NCBI GenBank assembly: GCA_051942245.1
Contig: JAVECL010000131.1
Span: 1-47,119 of the forward strand
From: Trypethelium eluteriae
Lineage: Eukaryota
Direction: 5' to 3'
DNA length: 47,119 bases
Part shown: positions 1 to 13,400 of the stretch, one piece after another
Layout: every line of letters starts with the position of its first letter
Numbering within the stretch: position 1 is the first letter of the stretch
Notes under the pieces: model-generated
Databases searched by the model: none
What the model was told of the DNA's origin: nothing
The model's input: the letters and a program-made list of their open reading frames with translations, nothing else
Made by a program: the position numbers and the translations under genes

Positions 1-402
1 CCCCAGACCCCCGCCACGATCCCTCACACGCCCATACAATCTCGCCAAACCCCACTACCCCAAGCTTCGCAACCCTCTCGCGCCCCTCGCACACCTTCCC
101 ACATCTCCACCGCCCGTCCGACTTTCCAGCCAACGACTCCGTATACCACCGCCTCCTGGGCGACCACTCCGTCGCCGAATCCGTCGCACCCGGCCGTGCG
201 TCCCTTGACACCCTACGAGGAGACACGGGCACGGATACCGTCTCGTGCTCCGAGCCGAGCGAAGCGGAGCGCAGCGGCGAATGTGGCGGGGGCGAAGCGG
301 AAGGGACTGTTGGGATTGAAGGGTAGGAAGGGAAGGGAGGGCGTAGGTAGAGGTGGAGGTGGAAGTGGGGGTGGAGGAGGAGGGAAGTGTGTTGTTATGT
401 GA
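1..402 (+). CDS. 3' end of a Pro/Thr-rich protein with a polybasic, Gly-rich tail and C-terminal CaaX box (5'-truncated by window edge)
   Basis: Frame +1 is open from base 1 to TGA at 400-402: PQTPATIPHTPIQSRQTP...AKRKGLLGLKGRKGREGVGRGGGGSGGGGGGKCVVM*. It ends in CVVM after a K/R-rich segment, a typical prenylation signal. Confidence 0.65.
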   Translation, partial: PQTPATIPHTPIQSRQTPLPQASQPSRAPRTPSHISTARPTFQPTTPYTTASWATTPSPNPSHPAVRPLTPYEETRARIPSRAPSRAKRSAAANVAGAKRKGLLGLKGRKGREGVGRGGGGSGGGGGGKCVVM

Positions 403-1065
403 AGGGGCCATTTGAGAAGGGGGATGTGATAAGAATAGACAGAGGGCATGAGGGCGTGCTTGTGTTATATCTCGAAAGTTCGTGGTGACTCTGCAAGACC
501 GAGGGAGCACCATGCGTGAACATATATATAGCATCTGTGTGGACGAAAGTGACGGTGATACCCCCTTATGCGGGAGTCGACATGGCGGCGCGTTGGCGAA
601 GCCGTCTTTTATTTGTATCTTTCTTCACTTCTATTTTCTTTCTGCACAAAATTCTTTTTTATTTGGCCCTCCGTCTCATCAGAGGATGCACTTCCTCATA
701 TCTCGTATTGTGTATCCTTATCTGTATCTTACAAGCGCATCTCTTATGCAAGAGCGTTGCGGCAGCCAAATAGCGAGGTCTTCTTTTCTACGAAGAGTTT
801 GGGGCCGGCGCTGGGATTACCAAAGAGACGAATGATTTGGTGTACGAGCGTCAGGCGGCATTTTGTGATTAGCGGAATGCTAAAATATTTCCCTTTTCCA
901 CATTAAAGTGTTCTTGCGTCAGATGGACATCTCAACTGGATATATCGCGAAATCTGAACAGCATTTTCGTACAACTACATTCCGCCGTTCCCAGCTTTGA
1001 TATGCACCCATCACTGTCATAAGCTCAATACCAGAGTTCCACTCATTATACCCCTTTCCAGCAAA

Positions 1066-2731
1066 TCAGTCAACCTTTCCTTCCTTATACGTCACCGTCT
1101 TTGTCCTCACAAACTCTTCTAGGCCCCATTCTGCGTTGAACCTTCCCCACCCGCTCTCCTTCACTCCTCCATGTGGCAATCCAGGCTCATCATGCACACT
1201 CATCCCATTAATGTGCACCGCCCCACTCTCAACCTCCTTAGCCACGGCCATTGCCCTTGCCAGATCTTTCGAGAAGACCGACGCGCTCAGCCCGTACTGC
1301 GTATCGTTCGCGATCTTGATCCCTTCTGCAGCGGAGGCGATGGGAAAGAGACTGACGCTGGGGCCGAAGGACTCAGTGTGGTAGATCTGCATCTCTTTAG
1401 TCACTCCAGAGATGATGATGGGGCGCATGCGGTAGGCGGAGGTTTCGTCGATGTGCTCGGAGGTGTCGGAGGGGTAGAGAAATTGCGCGCCGTGCGACTT
1501 GGCGTCCTCAAGGAGTGAGGCGTTCTTCTTCTTGCCTACGGAAGAGACGAGGGTCGGGGCTGTGGAGGAGGCTGGGTAGAATTTGGCGAGGGCTGATTGT
1601 AGGGCGGAGGTGAAGGGTTGGAGAATGGATTGGTGGACGAGGATGCGTTCGGTTGACATGCAGATTTGGCCAGCCTAGGCGGGGAAGAAACATGTTAGCG
1701 GATCATGTGGTAGAATGGGTGAAGAAGGGGTGGAGTGCTAGGGATACACGTACGTGCAGATAGGCGCCTGCAGCGCATTCATTCGCTGCCAGCTCAATAT
1801 CCGCGTCATCGAGCACAATTGCGCTTGCCTTGCCTCCTAACTCCATAAGCACGGGTTTCAGGGCTTTGCCCGCCTGCTCGCTTATGATCCTGCCAATCGC
1901 CGTGCTTCCGGTGAAGTTTATCTTCTTCACTGCCTTGTGGTTGATGATGGCACTTGTAATTTCTGCAGCGTCTTCCGGGCGGTGGACAATCACATTGAGG
2001 ACACCGGCAGGGAGGCCCGCTTTGTGGAAGACGTCGCCAATGATCCAGAAGCATTTAGGGGAGAGTTCAGAGCCCTTGAGGACACAAGTATTACCCGCAG
2101 CAATGGCATACATGCAGGCGCGGATGCCAAGGATGAAGGGGGCATTCCTAAGACAATGCTGTCAGTGTAATGCATTCTAAAGCCACTCCATCGCCCCATC
2201 TCATCTCATTGCCAAGGAGTAGGACGACTGGGGTAGGGGTCAAACTACCCACCAGGGAGCGAGTCCAAAATTGACCCCAAGCGGCTCTTTCCATACCACC
2301 GCTCCCGTTCCGTCTGCCTGCGCGGTAGGAATAGCTCCCATAATTGCTGCTATCCTCCCCGCCGTATCGCGTAGCCCCTCCACCGCCGTAGGCACCATGA
2401 ACCCCTTGGAAACACCCGCTGGAATGCCTGTCTCTTCGATTTGCGCCCGTGCGGCTTCCTCAAGTCGTTGCTCCAGCAAGTCGGCCGCGCGCAGCAGGAT
2501 ATTGCGTCGGAAGATAGGTTTCGTCTTGGACCAGGCGGGGAAGGCGGCCTCGGCAGCGTCGACGGCGGAGAGGGCATCCTTGAGGGAGGCGCTGGAGGAG
2601 TGGTAAATAATTTGTGAGGTAGAGGGAGAGTTGACGGGGAAAGTGGTGGAGGTAGTGTGCTCTTTGCCGTTAATCCATATGGGAAGGGCATCTCCTGGCG
2701 TACCATTCGCTGTGCCGTTAGAAGTTGCCAT
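1066..2731 (-). CDS. NAD-dependent aldehyde dehydrogenase, vanillin/salicylaldehyde dehydrogenase-like (3 exons)
   Basis: Exons 2731-2253, 2147-1754, 1674-1066 join through GT..AG introns into one frame. Motifs: APWNAP, KGSELSP, FTGSTAIG, ELGGK (general-base Glu), AGQICMS (catalytic Cys), ESFGP, LPHGGVKESGWGRF. Confidence 0.93.
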
Positions 2732-3931
2732 GATGTGGATCAAATGTCAATTCACTTTATTTCCCGCGAATATTCTTTCAGCAGAAAATAAAAAAGAAAG
2801 GGAGCAGAATACAGAGTGAGGTGCGAACAAGAGCAGAGCAAGACCAGCTTGAGATAGTTGTAGAACGGAATAACGATAGTGGACGAAGGAGACTTATTAA
2901 GCCAGGAACCAGACCCCCATGATGTAGGTCTGGATGATTTGAGTTGAATGGGATGTGGTACTTTGATAGATCCCGCTGCCATTTGCCGGTCTTTCTGCGT
3001 GGATCTTCCCTAGCAGTGAAGCTTACCCAGCACCCCAAGGTGGCGGCCAGGGAAGCATCCGCATTGACCTTTCCTCGATGGGATTGGGGGAGCCAAGTCA
3101 CACGCCGATGGAAAGAGGAAGCACTGCACACAATACTCGGCTGATGGTGAGCACCATTGCTGCTGATTTGAAGCGTTAAAGTACTCTCCCTCATCAACGT
3201 TTCACTCCAAGCATCGGGACATGAGCTTTTGGTGGTAGCAGGGTCCACTTATGGGGCTAATTTATGCGATACCTCGTACTCCACAAGGCTGCTCCCTGCA
3301 TTCTGCGACACTATCAGGGGGCGACAGAAAAATTGTCAATACTATCAGACGTGGCCGGATCTTTGACATCCACAGCTTTCAGTGCTTCCTCAGTAGACTC
3401 GGTTACGGGTTAAACAAAGCGCTCAGTAAGATTTTGAAGAACAATGGGCAAAAGAGGTTCTCAGATATTCTATTTGACGTCATATGTATTGCGAGGGACT
3501 CGCAGATTTAAGTCAGGCAGTGATCTGAGCCTGGATAAGACTTGTCGAAATTCCTTGTTGCATCACTCGGCGACACAGCAGATGAAACGGATAGTTGTCA
3601 GTACATGCATATTGAGCGACTTCGTCCAAAAAACAAACGAAAAAAGCGGAGTAATACTTAACAAATTGACGTTGTTGAGAGACAGTGGTTCGGACAGCAA
3701 GTATAAACATATTGAAACTGAATGTATCACAATAGGAAAATTCCTGCGATAGAACGCCAATGCTCGATGCCCAAAGAAATACAACGTTTGCGAAAAGACT
3801 GGATGATTTCCGAGTAAAACATGCTCAAAAACACCATGATCGCTCCAGACAGTGATGCACAAAAACCCAAGCCAGCCTTAGCTATGTACAGAGCCACCGT
3901 CTACTTTTTTCTCTTTCTCTCCTTTCACATC

Positions 3932-4886
3932 CTATAACATCATCGCGGCAACCGCACCCAAAATGACCATGCCCGCTCCGGCACCCGTCACTCTCCCCGC
4001 TGCATTCGTCGGGTTCGACAACGGCGCCGAAGTCGAGCTCCCAAACGGCGAGCTCGCTGTCCCGCCCGCTGCCGATGTCGTCGCGTTCAGAGCGAGACTT
4101 GGAGCACTGGACGCACTGCCCTGGACTGGCCTGCCGGATGCAGGACCCGATGACGACCCATTCGCTGGTGCTGTCACTTGAGCAAGCGACGCAGAGGTTG
4201 AGGTCCAGCTCGTGCAGGAAGAAGAACTGCCCGAGGGCACACAGGCACTGCCGGCAAGCCTGACCAAGGTGGTACTGGCGATGACGGCTGATGTCGCGGT
4301 AGTCTGTGAAGTGGAAATGGAGGTGGAAGCGGAAGAGAGAGAAGAAGAGGTGGTATTTGTGCTTGGTGTAGGAGTTGTTGTGCCTACGGGTGGTACCGGG
4401 CTGCTGGATTTGCCAAGGCCAAAATTGGGTGAATCTAGACAGGGTCAATTGGATTCATGCACATTCGGCGGGCAAAGCATCTGAGTACTTACATTGATAG
4501 TCGCCACTGTGATCGCAGACAATCTGGATGCCATGGGTGTATTGATTGGGCGCATCAGGCGCGATAGAGGCTGGAACATTCCATGAGACGAAGCCGTTGT
4601 TGTCAATGGATTTGGCAATCAGGTCCCCTTCTTGGACACAGTTCTTCGGGCAACCTGAGAGAAGACGAAGCGAAACTTTATCACAGCCGGTAGGCTTCTG
4701 GTCCGAGTTCCATTTGATACTGTATGGGGCGCCAATAGCGACCGTCTCATTTTGAGCGGGAGAGATTGTCGGATTGCCCACTTGAGTGGTAGGAGGATAT
4801 GGCAGGCTTTGCTGGGCCGAAGCGACGGAGACGAAAGCGGCAAGTCCAGCAGTAAAGAGAGCAAACGCAGAGAAGTCTTGAGACAT
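3932..4886 (-). CDS. Secreted Ser/Thr-rich GPI-anchored cell-wall protein with a Kre9/KNH1-like N-terminal domain (2 exons)
   Basis: Signal peptide MSQDFSAFALFTAGLAAFVSVASA. N-domain GNPTISP..GAPYSIKW..VSLRLLSGC..IAKSIDNNGFVSWNVP..HGIQIV. Intron 4492-4435 (GTAAGT..TAG) restores YQYSPNFG. A S/T-rich stalk follows, then a hydrophobic tail NAAGRVTGAGAGMVILGAVAAMML*. Confidence 0.85.
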
Positions 4887-5047
4887 GGTGATTAAAATAC
4901 TATGTGAACGAGCTTTGAAGACAGAAGCAAGAATGCAACGAGAGAATCTAGGAAAGAAACAGAAAGAAAATGTTATTCAAGTGAACAAACTGCTGGAAAT
5001 TGTTGATGGTATGGTGATGGGAAATTTCCGTGTAGCTGCGTTTCATC

Positions 5048-5053
5048 TTTATA
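5048..5053 (-). promoter_or_regulatory. Candidate TATA box of the Kre9/KNH1-like gene
   Basis: TATAAA on the minus strand about 160 nt upstream of the ATG at 4886, followed by a pyrimidine-rich leader. Confidence 0.3.
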
Positions 5054-6079
5054 CAGGAATATTAATTCAGGCCCACCTCAGCGTGCTCTTGCTATCTTCT
5101 TATTCTTAGTATCAGAGCGACAATAATTGCAATGCTACCCTACTGACTGCGGCTCAGCCTTGTCAATCATCGTCAATCAGGCAGTAGCCTAACGGAGGCA
5201 GAGTCAGTAGGGAATACTGGATATGCAGCTGGCGAAGCTGCAGAGGTTGTGCAGTGCAGTTGACAGTCAGCCGGAGGAACCATGTGCAAAATCACCGAGC
5301 ACGGTTGACCTCGCCAAGCCGCTCTGTTTATGTGGGATGATTAAAGGGGCTTTAGCTTGAAAGGGTATTTGGTGCAGGAGCTCACTGTCCGACAATGCGG
5401 GGGACAGTGAATGGTCAGCCGGGTAATCATTGGGAGACAATGGCAAAATGCGGCAATCTGTGCTATTCATAGCTTGGTATGGGGCCGGCCAATGACAGGG
5501 CTCGACCTGGGCTACTTCTCGTATTCATCCTTCATATTCCTGGGGGGCGCATAATTCAGCGCAATGAAATAAGCACTATCTAGACCTTCTAGGCCATCCA
5601 ACAGTACGCCAGTGTAAACTGCATATAAAGAAAACTAGCCTTCGTGCTTAGACTGCGATGGAAGCAGTGCTGAAGCTGAAAACAATCCCTCCAAGCATGC
5701 CTAAACTGAGAAGTAGTCGAGTTTGGTATATGCAAAGAATTTCAGGAACAATTTCCGTATGTACATTTGCAATCTTGTCCAGTATATACAGTCATCCATT
5801 GCTCCTAGCCTCCCTACCGATCAACCAACTTCTTAGTCATGGAAGGTCGTGACATGACTCCGCTACCTGTCGCAGAAACTTCCAGCACAAAACAAAATCC
5901 ATCCGAAATCCAGTAGCATGATACATGTGCCCAGCTTCTATAACTTTTGGCACGGCATACGCGTGCAGCGAGGGTATCAAGAAGAGTAAGAAACGATTGA
6001 CGATACACGTTGGGAAGACAGAATGAAACCATCGTTACTTGTACAAATCATGCTAGCACGTAAGAAATCGGTCATGCGC

Positions 6080-7477
6080 TTAACTGCACGGGTGGCCCGT
6101 CTGACCGTTGGGCAAGGTAGCTGGAGAGATAATCAGCAACGGACACGGGATACAAATGTAACTAGAATATCTTACTAGGTCGATTGCCCGGCTCCTTTGG
6201 AAAGAGACCAGCAGCTGTTAAGTTCTGTAAATGCCACTCCGGAGCAGATTCAGTCTTCCAAGTCCACCAGATCCATCCTGCCGCTTTCTCATAAGCATCG
6301 AGTTGCGCGGCAATAAAAGTTTGGATGTTGTCCTTGTCGACTTGCAACATGCCATCGACGGTGCCTACAGATTTGGCTGCACAGTCACCAATGTAGTATG
6401 AACCGCTGCCAAGCTTGTAACTTCCATCGTATCGAGCTCCGATGCCGTAGCCATTGAGGTATTTAGCGCAGTCGGTCATGGCGCCAGTCCATTCACCCGC
6501 AATGGTCCATTTATTATTAGTAGCCATCTGACTACCAAAACTGCAAGCTGTTGAAGTATGCTCCGACGGGGACATGGCCAACGAGCCTGAGTCAAAAACT
6601 TCATAATGATGAGTGTCTTCCAAAAGATTCCACATGCCAGCACCCCAGTTGTTCCAGCTGTTTACACCTTGGAACGCATCATGGAAGGTGATTGCGACAT
6701 TGCTGTCTTGAAGGTTGCCCCACCCATCGTTGTAGAATTGGGTCACTTTGCCCATGTCCAGGTCAGAACCGAGAGGCTCATTCACCAACTCAATAGCAGC
6801 AAGAGCAGGGTGAGATGCATAGTCGTCGCGGATCTGGTTGAGAGCGTCCTTGGTGTTCGTGATGAAGCCGTCATTGCTTGTCCATAAGACGGAACCATTG
6901 TGGCCACTGTTGTCAAAGCCGTTCTGCGAACCCTGAGCCCCATGAACGTCAACAAGGACCTTGAGACCATGGGTCTGAGCCCAATCAAGAGCTTTTCCAA
7001 AGCGGTCATAGGCACCCATGACATAAGGATCGCTAGGATCATTGGAATTGGGGATGGACCAGTAGCCGATAGGAATTCGGACATGGTTCAGATTGTTTGC
7101 AGCAATTTGCGCAAAATCATCTTCAGTGATCCAGCTATCCCAGTGTTGCGAGAGGAGAGTTCCGGCGGCATCTTTACCAAGATGGGAGGTGAGAGTCCAT
7201 TCATCGACAACACCGCTCCCAGCGAACTGGTCGAAGATGGAGGGAGTAATCCATGCCTCAAGTACGAACCAACCTCCTAGGTTCACCCCGCGAACCTTTT
7301 CTGAGCCGTAGCCAAATTTCAGCGTATCATCACGTCTCCAAAAGGTTCTAGAAGACTCAATTAGATCAGGCTTAGTTTGAGGAGAGAATAAACTCGGACG
7401 ACTCACTGAGGTGCTGGAGCGGCGTTGGCCAACGCTGCAGAGAGCAAAAGAGTAGTAATGGTGCTGCGGAAATGCAT
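6080..7477 (-). CDS. exgA: Secreted GH5 glucan 1,3-beta-glucosidase (exo-beta-1,3-glucanase, Exg1/ExgA-like; 3 exons)
   Basis: Exon 1 7477-7407 is a signal peptide (MHFRSTITTLLLSAALANAAPAPQ). Intron 7406-7348 (GTGAGT..CTAAT..TAG). Exon 2 7347-6176 has a Kex2-like RR site, VRGVNLGGWFVLEAWITPS, RIPIGYW, DVHGAQGSQNGFDNSG, LVNEP (acid/base), DTHHYEVF, AGEWT (nucleophile) and WWTWKTE. Intron 6175-6121, then exon 3 TTLPNGQTGHPCS*. Confidence 0.93.
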
Positions 7478-10160
7478 AATGGCTACCGATAAGATGATTT
7501 AAGAATGTGACACGAACTACTTGCAATATCCCACGCTCCAGGCAGGGCCATTCAATAGAAATGAATTGATGAGCTGGAGACACGGTGGAGAATGCTGCAA
7601 GCGCGTGTGATGGAATACGAACTATGTGGGACCTGCCTCTGTACTTAAAACAAGAGCTCACCAGCTCGTCGGAAAGAGCTCATGCAAGGACCAGCGTTAA
7701 TCGTCATTGCTGGAGGCACATGTTGCGAGGTGGATCTACAACATTCAGTAAGGCATGCACGTCCTGGCCTGTTGGCGCTTTGATCGTCTTGACATCGTGA
7801 CCTTTTCCCCGCCGACTTTCGTAGGGCGACCAAAGGTCACAGAGACAAAAGTGACAGAGAAGTCCTTAGAGGCAGTGGCAAGCACCAATGAGGATTCGAC
7901 GGTGACGGCCGACTTTCTGAAAAGCTCCAACGGGCCACACGCTTGAAGCTGAGCATCCCTGGCGATAATGTGATTCAGGGACCAAGCTGGCGTCGTTGGC
8001 GCAGGCACCGCAAAAAGCATGCGTCATGATCCTTGCCGTCGGGCGTGCGGGATGGGCTTGGATAGGCTCACCAGGCTTGCAGACTGGAATCTTGGAATGA
8101 GCCAACGAAGTTGTCGCGGTTGTTTCGTTTCTTACGCCGGTCGCTCTTTTTTGAGCAAGGCATGTGCACATCACCACCCCGGATATAACACCGTTCCGGC
8201 GGCCTGGCCGATTCAGTCTTTTCTTTTTCGGCATTGACTTTGGTAGAAGCTAGTAGCGTTCAGTGAAAAGCTGACGAATGCTTCACCCTTGATGTGCTCT
8301 GGCTGGTGTGAAGTCGGTCAGTCTGACTTGACTCAGGTACGAAGCTCGTGAAGGCTCTGGGTGAAGGCTGCATGACGTCATGCGACTATTGCGTTTCCCT
8401 CTTGATCCTGCTTGCTGAGGGAATGGCTTCGAAGTCATGAGGAGCATCTTGGACCATGCTTTGTTTTTGGATTCAAGCGAATGTTCGTCGTGAGCTACTG
8501 TAGGCAATGTGGTCAATGATGGTTGAGCGCTTGTGAGGAGTTGCCGACAAGCCAATCATTTGTGTTTGTCGTCTGCAGACAATGATCCCTCCCCAACCGG
8601 CCATCTCGGTGATCTCCACAAACGCAACTAGTAAAAGCTTGGCGTCTCCAAGATCCGAAGACTTATCCCGGCGACTTGCGGGGAAGATCTACCAAAACTT
8701 CGGACAGCTCTTGTCTCACTCGCAGAAAGCCTTTCCTTTACTCTAGCGCTAGTAGATCATCTCGAGAGGTAGTGACCAATGAGACCATCACACATACATG
8801 CGATGAGATCAGCGTGGCTCGACATAGTAAATTCCCTACTGTTCCACGCACTATAGCTAATTTTCTGCATCATCACAACACCTGTGCTTGCCCGAGGCTA
8901 AGCGTGAGAGGTCATTTTGCAAGATGACCTCATCTACACTGACCCCATCTACACTGACCCTCGTCTGAACTAGCAACGGGACGGTGACATGTCCCCTTCG
9001 CGTGTCATGGTAGATGTTCTGCACTTTCGAAAGTCGAGACCTGGTTCTTGTAGTCATCCACAACTTCGAACGACGACCACGTGACTACGGAAAGCTAGGA
9101 TCTGTCCAGCTCGTTATGGCTACAATGCATCCTGACACCAATGAAGCTCTAGGCCGAGTGAAAATGCTGGGACTCCAGGAGGGTCCAGTGGCTCCTAACA
9201 CACGCGCGGAGAACTTGCTATTTTTGGGCTGCTTAAGAGCGACAGAGTCTGTCAGTCATTTTCACAGGATGAATTGAGTAAAGAAATCAACTCAAAGGAA
9301 TATGACCCAATCCTGGGAAAGCTCTCTCACTTTCAGGCGTACAATTTCCGATCAAAGTGGTTAAGTGGAAAAAGACCAAGTATAAAGATTTGGATGTGTC
9401 GATGCGTTTGACCATTGGAAGAATCGTCTGACTGCATCGCAAGCATCTCATCTTTGGATCCTGCAGAGGGTAGACAGATGTTATGTTACAGAGCGTATTA
9501 GCCAATCTTTGACATGATTGAATCATCTTCCTGTGTCGTGCTGTTCTGGGGGCAAAACCACTCAGGGTCTGTATTACTGTCGCCGACAAGCTCGAGAAGG
9601 AATAGTGCTCCCGCAGAGCACGAAGGAAGCAACTGCCCTTGAAGTTTCTAGGAAAGCATATCCCCACATCCTATTCACCATGCTCGCATTAAACTTTTGG
9701 CTATCTAGCTATGCCACCTCCAGTGCCGAAAGCTTCAAGAAATTCAAATGAGAGGGCGGATGCTCGGATACAGCCTCATTTGGAAAAGCAAGAGGGTGAT
9801 CTTACCTTGCATCAAAATGAGTTGGAAACAAATGATAACTGCTTTGGAAAGATGTTTCAAACTTGTCCGAAGATAGATGTCGGAGATAGTCCAAGCCTCA
9901 ATGGGGTCATCAATTCCTCGATGTCCGGCGACAATCCTGGCCCCTAGCATTCCCCACTCTTTCTACGGTAGAACACGCGTCACCATGGTGTGAAAGAAAG
10001 TGGAAATGAGTAGGCAAATTTCTGGCGTCTGGCGTATGATGCTCTGTGATGAAGGGACGCTTGGCTTCCTCGAAGCATGTGATCGCCAAAGTATATATAT
10101 AGCTCGCTGCCCGGTTCTTTTTACTCCTTCACAAAGCCACCGACCCCACTTCCCTTCTGC

Positions 10161-10476
10161 ATGTTTGAACCCCAATTCAGGAACGTTTTTCAGATGGACG
10201 TCTTAAGGGACTTGATGACGAAATACGTGCGAAGAGACGCCGCCAGGCGGCGTGAGCAAGAAGCAGCGAGAGTACAGCAAGTCGCTGCACTTAACTCCGC
10301 AAACGCCTCAGGTGAGGCACGTGAAGCGGAGCAAACATATAACAATGGGTGAGTTCGCCATAGCAGCGAGGAATGCTACGCTTGTAACGGAGACTAAATC
10401 CAAGAAAAGCCTCTTTCGAGCTCTTCTCGCAGCCATGGAGCAGCGAAATGGCGGCAATGCCATTACCTACGAGTAG
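10161..10476 (+). CDS. Candidate small orphan gene (helical Arg/Ala/Gln-rich peptide), possibly spliced
   Basis: TATATATATA at about 10092-10101 and a pyrimidine-rich leader. ATG at 10161 or 10194 (MDVLRDLMTKYVRRDAARRREQEAARVQQVAALN...). GTGAGT donor at 10349 and AAG acceptors at 10404 or 10409; the latter gives ...GLFRALLAAMEQRNGGNAITYE*. Branch site weak; no homology recognised. Confidence 0.25.
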
Positions 10477-13400
10477 GCCTATCGATTGAACAGTGCCCAT
10501 TCAGACAAGGTTTGCTCATCGGATTACAGGGATTTCCTAGCAGTCGTGGCGGCCTTAATAGCACAAAGGTGATGTTCCATGAGTGGACAGCGTTTGGTTA
10601 GCATACCAGAGAAACTTCTCTAGAAGTTCGCCCGTACTAACCTAGCCGCTTCTAGGATACCGGTGGTCATGAGTCTGATGCATTTAGTGGCGCTGCACAT
10701 TTCGAAAAGCCTGCGTCGCTTTCCCATAACCCCTGAAGCGAATTCTATCACGGTATCGGAAGGTGCATATGATTAGTGCGGCAGGTTCCTAGGGATGGAA
10801 CCGATGGTAGCGATAGAGATTAGAGGCAGTCCTACCCCAGCCCACCTTGGTGTATGTAAGGCCTGGCCACTCCAGATCCAATAATTTATCCCTCTTCTTT
10901 TCTTCATACAAGATCCAGACTAAGTTTGAGTAGGGTCTGGATTTTGTATGAAGAGAGAGCATAGAGAGATAGCTTGTAGCTACCACATAACCATCTGTTC
11001 CTCACCTTCTTCCTTCTCAGATAGACAAGAACTATAAGAATGAATGAACCTTTGTGACCACTCAAATTTTCATTATGTGACCCTTTATCACGTTAAAAGC
11101 TCAGAGACACTTTGCTGGACCAAAGTACTAATACTTCATCAAGCTTACTGGGAAGCATTGATGTAAATACTCACACATTCAGGGTGGACGGCATGGAATT
11201 GTGTACTTATGCACCGAGGAAATACCATATTCATTCCTCTGCTCGCCCACCTAAGAAGCCACAGAACATGAAGTGGTAATCGTGTTCATTTCGCCCCAAT
11301 TTCCCATCTAGGTCCCGTCATCCATCTCTGCGGCCTGGCAAGGAAGTGGAGAAGAAGGATGATTCCCTAGATCTAGAGAGGCTAGAAACAATATACATCG
11401 AGCTGCTATGGGATGAGACCACCTCCGTGTCCACCCTAGCGACTACCCTCTCTAGACTGAACCATGGTTCACCTGCCACTCCTACCACAATGGATAGTAT
11501 CGATCCTTCCTGAACCCATAACACGGCCCCTGGCTGAATATATGCATGCCATCGTCTTTCAGAGAGTACACCATGATTATAAGCGGCGGAGGCGGAGAAT
11601 TAAGAAGCTGGGGGTAAGGATGACCATTTGTGAACTCGATTGTAGTCTCATGACTAACAGCCATTATCCTATCGATCGCAGGAGAAGTTGAAATTGGGAC
11701 GGTTGTTGGGCTGTAGAAAAGGTATAAGTTCACGCCATTCGTAGCTCTAGTCACGCGTTAGCTTTTAGTATTCCATAGAGAAGGGTTGATAGCTGACAAA
11801 ACAGATAATGGAAACCCTGGTGAAGGCCTTCATGCCCAATTTCTATTGTTTGTCTGAATCGAGCGTGCTGTGGGAAATTCTCTTTTAATCCAACAGTCGC
11901 TTTCAAGGACATTTTGCTGAGCTTGGGTCGAGGCGTCACGCCAGATAACTTATCTGTTGCACATCAAGCGCTTGCGTATAAGAGAGTTCGTCTGGTCGCC
12001 TTTGCCCATATCCTGGGATTTTGGCTTCTTGACTCTTCTCAGAGCTTCAAAAGATCCAGAAAAATAACGAAAATTCAAGTTCCTGACCTGCCCGACAGCA
12101 CTATTCAATAACCGGGTTGACATTTAGGTCTGAACCGTTAGAGCTCGATGCAACTCTGTATGAGGCCATGGGACGACGTGGGGAGAAGTGCCGCTTGTAT
12201 TGTTCTCATAGAGGAGGGCTACTCTTATTGCTAAGAGTCAGGATCAAACAAAATCTGGGAAAACCTTGAGAAGTTCACAACGTTCGGCTTTTGGAAATCT
12301 TATAAGGATGATATCGTGATCACTCGAACTGTTTGTCCTGCTATGGAAATTTCGAGCTGAATTATTGTTGTCCATAATGTTGATGAAGAAACACCAGCAG
12401 AGGATAATTTGCCACCACAAGAGTCTTTGAAATCCAGAATGTTATGACTGTTGTAAATGCGAAGGAATGAGTGAGATCCCTTTGCGGAAGGGACACCTTT
12501 TGGTCAGCTTTATGAATAGCTTTGAGAGTGTATGACCGTTCATCATTGGATTGGCCGGTTGCCATGACCGTTTCGACGGGCTGGGCTTGTTCTGGGAAGG
12601 AGTAGAACACGAGATTAGAAATATATTCTTGTTCTGAAAATTCGATTTGGAAGAATTTTCACGGCTAGCCAGAACGGGTGCGCCAAGTATATGTTAAAAA
12701 AAATAAGGGTAATGCTTTCACTGATGCAGCACATGCCGATGGATGGAGAAATTTATCAAAGGTTGACCCGCCAGCAAGCTTACTCACCTACTTGCTATCC
12801 ACACCTCTACACCACCCCCATGTGTTGACCACATATAATCAAGCCCCAGTGCAGAAGTTGAGCAGCATCTTTGGCTATCTTGCTATCCTTGGGACTGTTT
12901 CATCCATTTATCGATGGGGGCGTCAATATTCGTTGCTGAAACCCGCTCGCCCTCCGAGACGCGTCGACGGCATATCTCCTGGATTCAATACCAAACGACT
13001 GAATTATCACGCTATTTCTCCAAACATGTATGGTTACCTCCTGGTGTGCCTCCACAATCTCTTTAGTCGCAGAAGGAGAATGGACTACTTTCCGAAAGGA
13101 AGTTTGCACGCACCTACGTTTGCTCATCGGCAAGCTGCAGCTTGACAAACGACCAGTCTCGACTTGAGCACACGAATCGGAGAGATCCAGCGGCAGGGTT
13201 CTGCTCTACAGGACTGCATTGTTATCCGTGCCGAGCCTATAATTCCCAAATTCTGCGCCAAGGAGTACCAGAGGTGGACTTATCGGCAACGATAGAGCAG
13301 GCGTCATCCGAAAGCAACCAGGAAGACGAAAGCCAACCAAAGGAATCTCTGAATGTGTCTCTGTAACTTTGGAAAGACCGTTAGAAGTCGCAGGACTCGC

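Noticed and set aside
55..534. Minus-strand ORFs of 159 and 78 aa at the window start
   Set aside because: Better explained as antisense shadows of the plus-strand frame ending in a CaaX box.
7478..7661. N-terminal extension of the 499-aa GH5 ORF
   Set aside because: The ORF reads through an intron. The likely start is the ATG at 7477, which gives a signal peptide in another frame.
8926..8960. 15-bp tandem duplication (GACCYCATCTACACT x2); similar two-copy duplications at about 20318-20351 and 30668-30691
   Set aside because: Ordinary local slippage duplications with no further structure.
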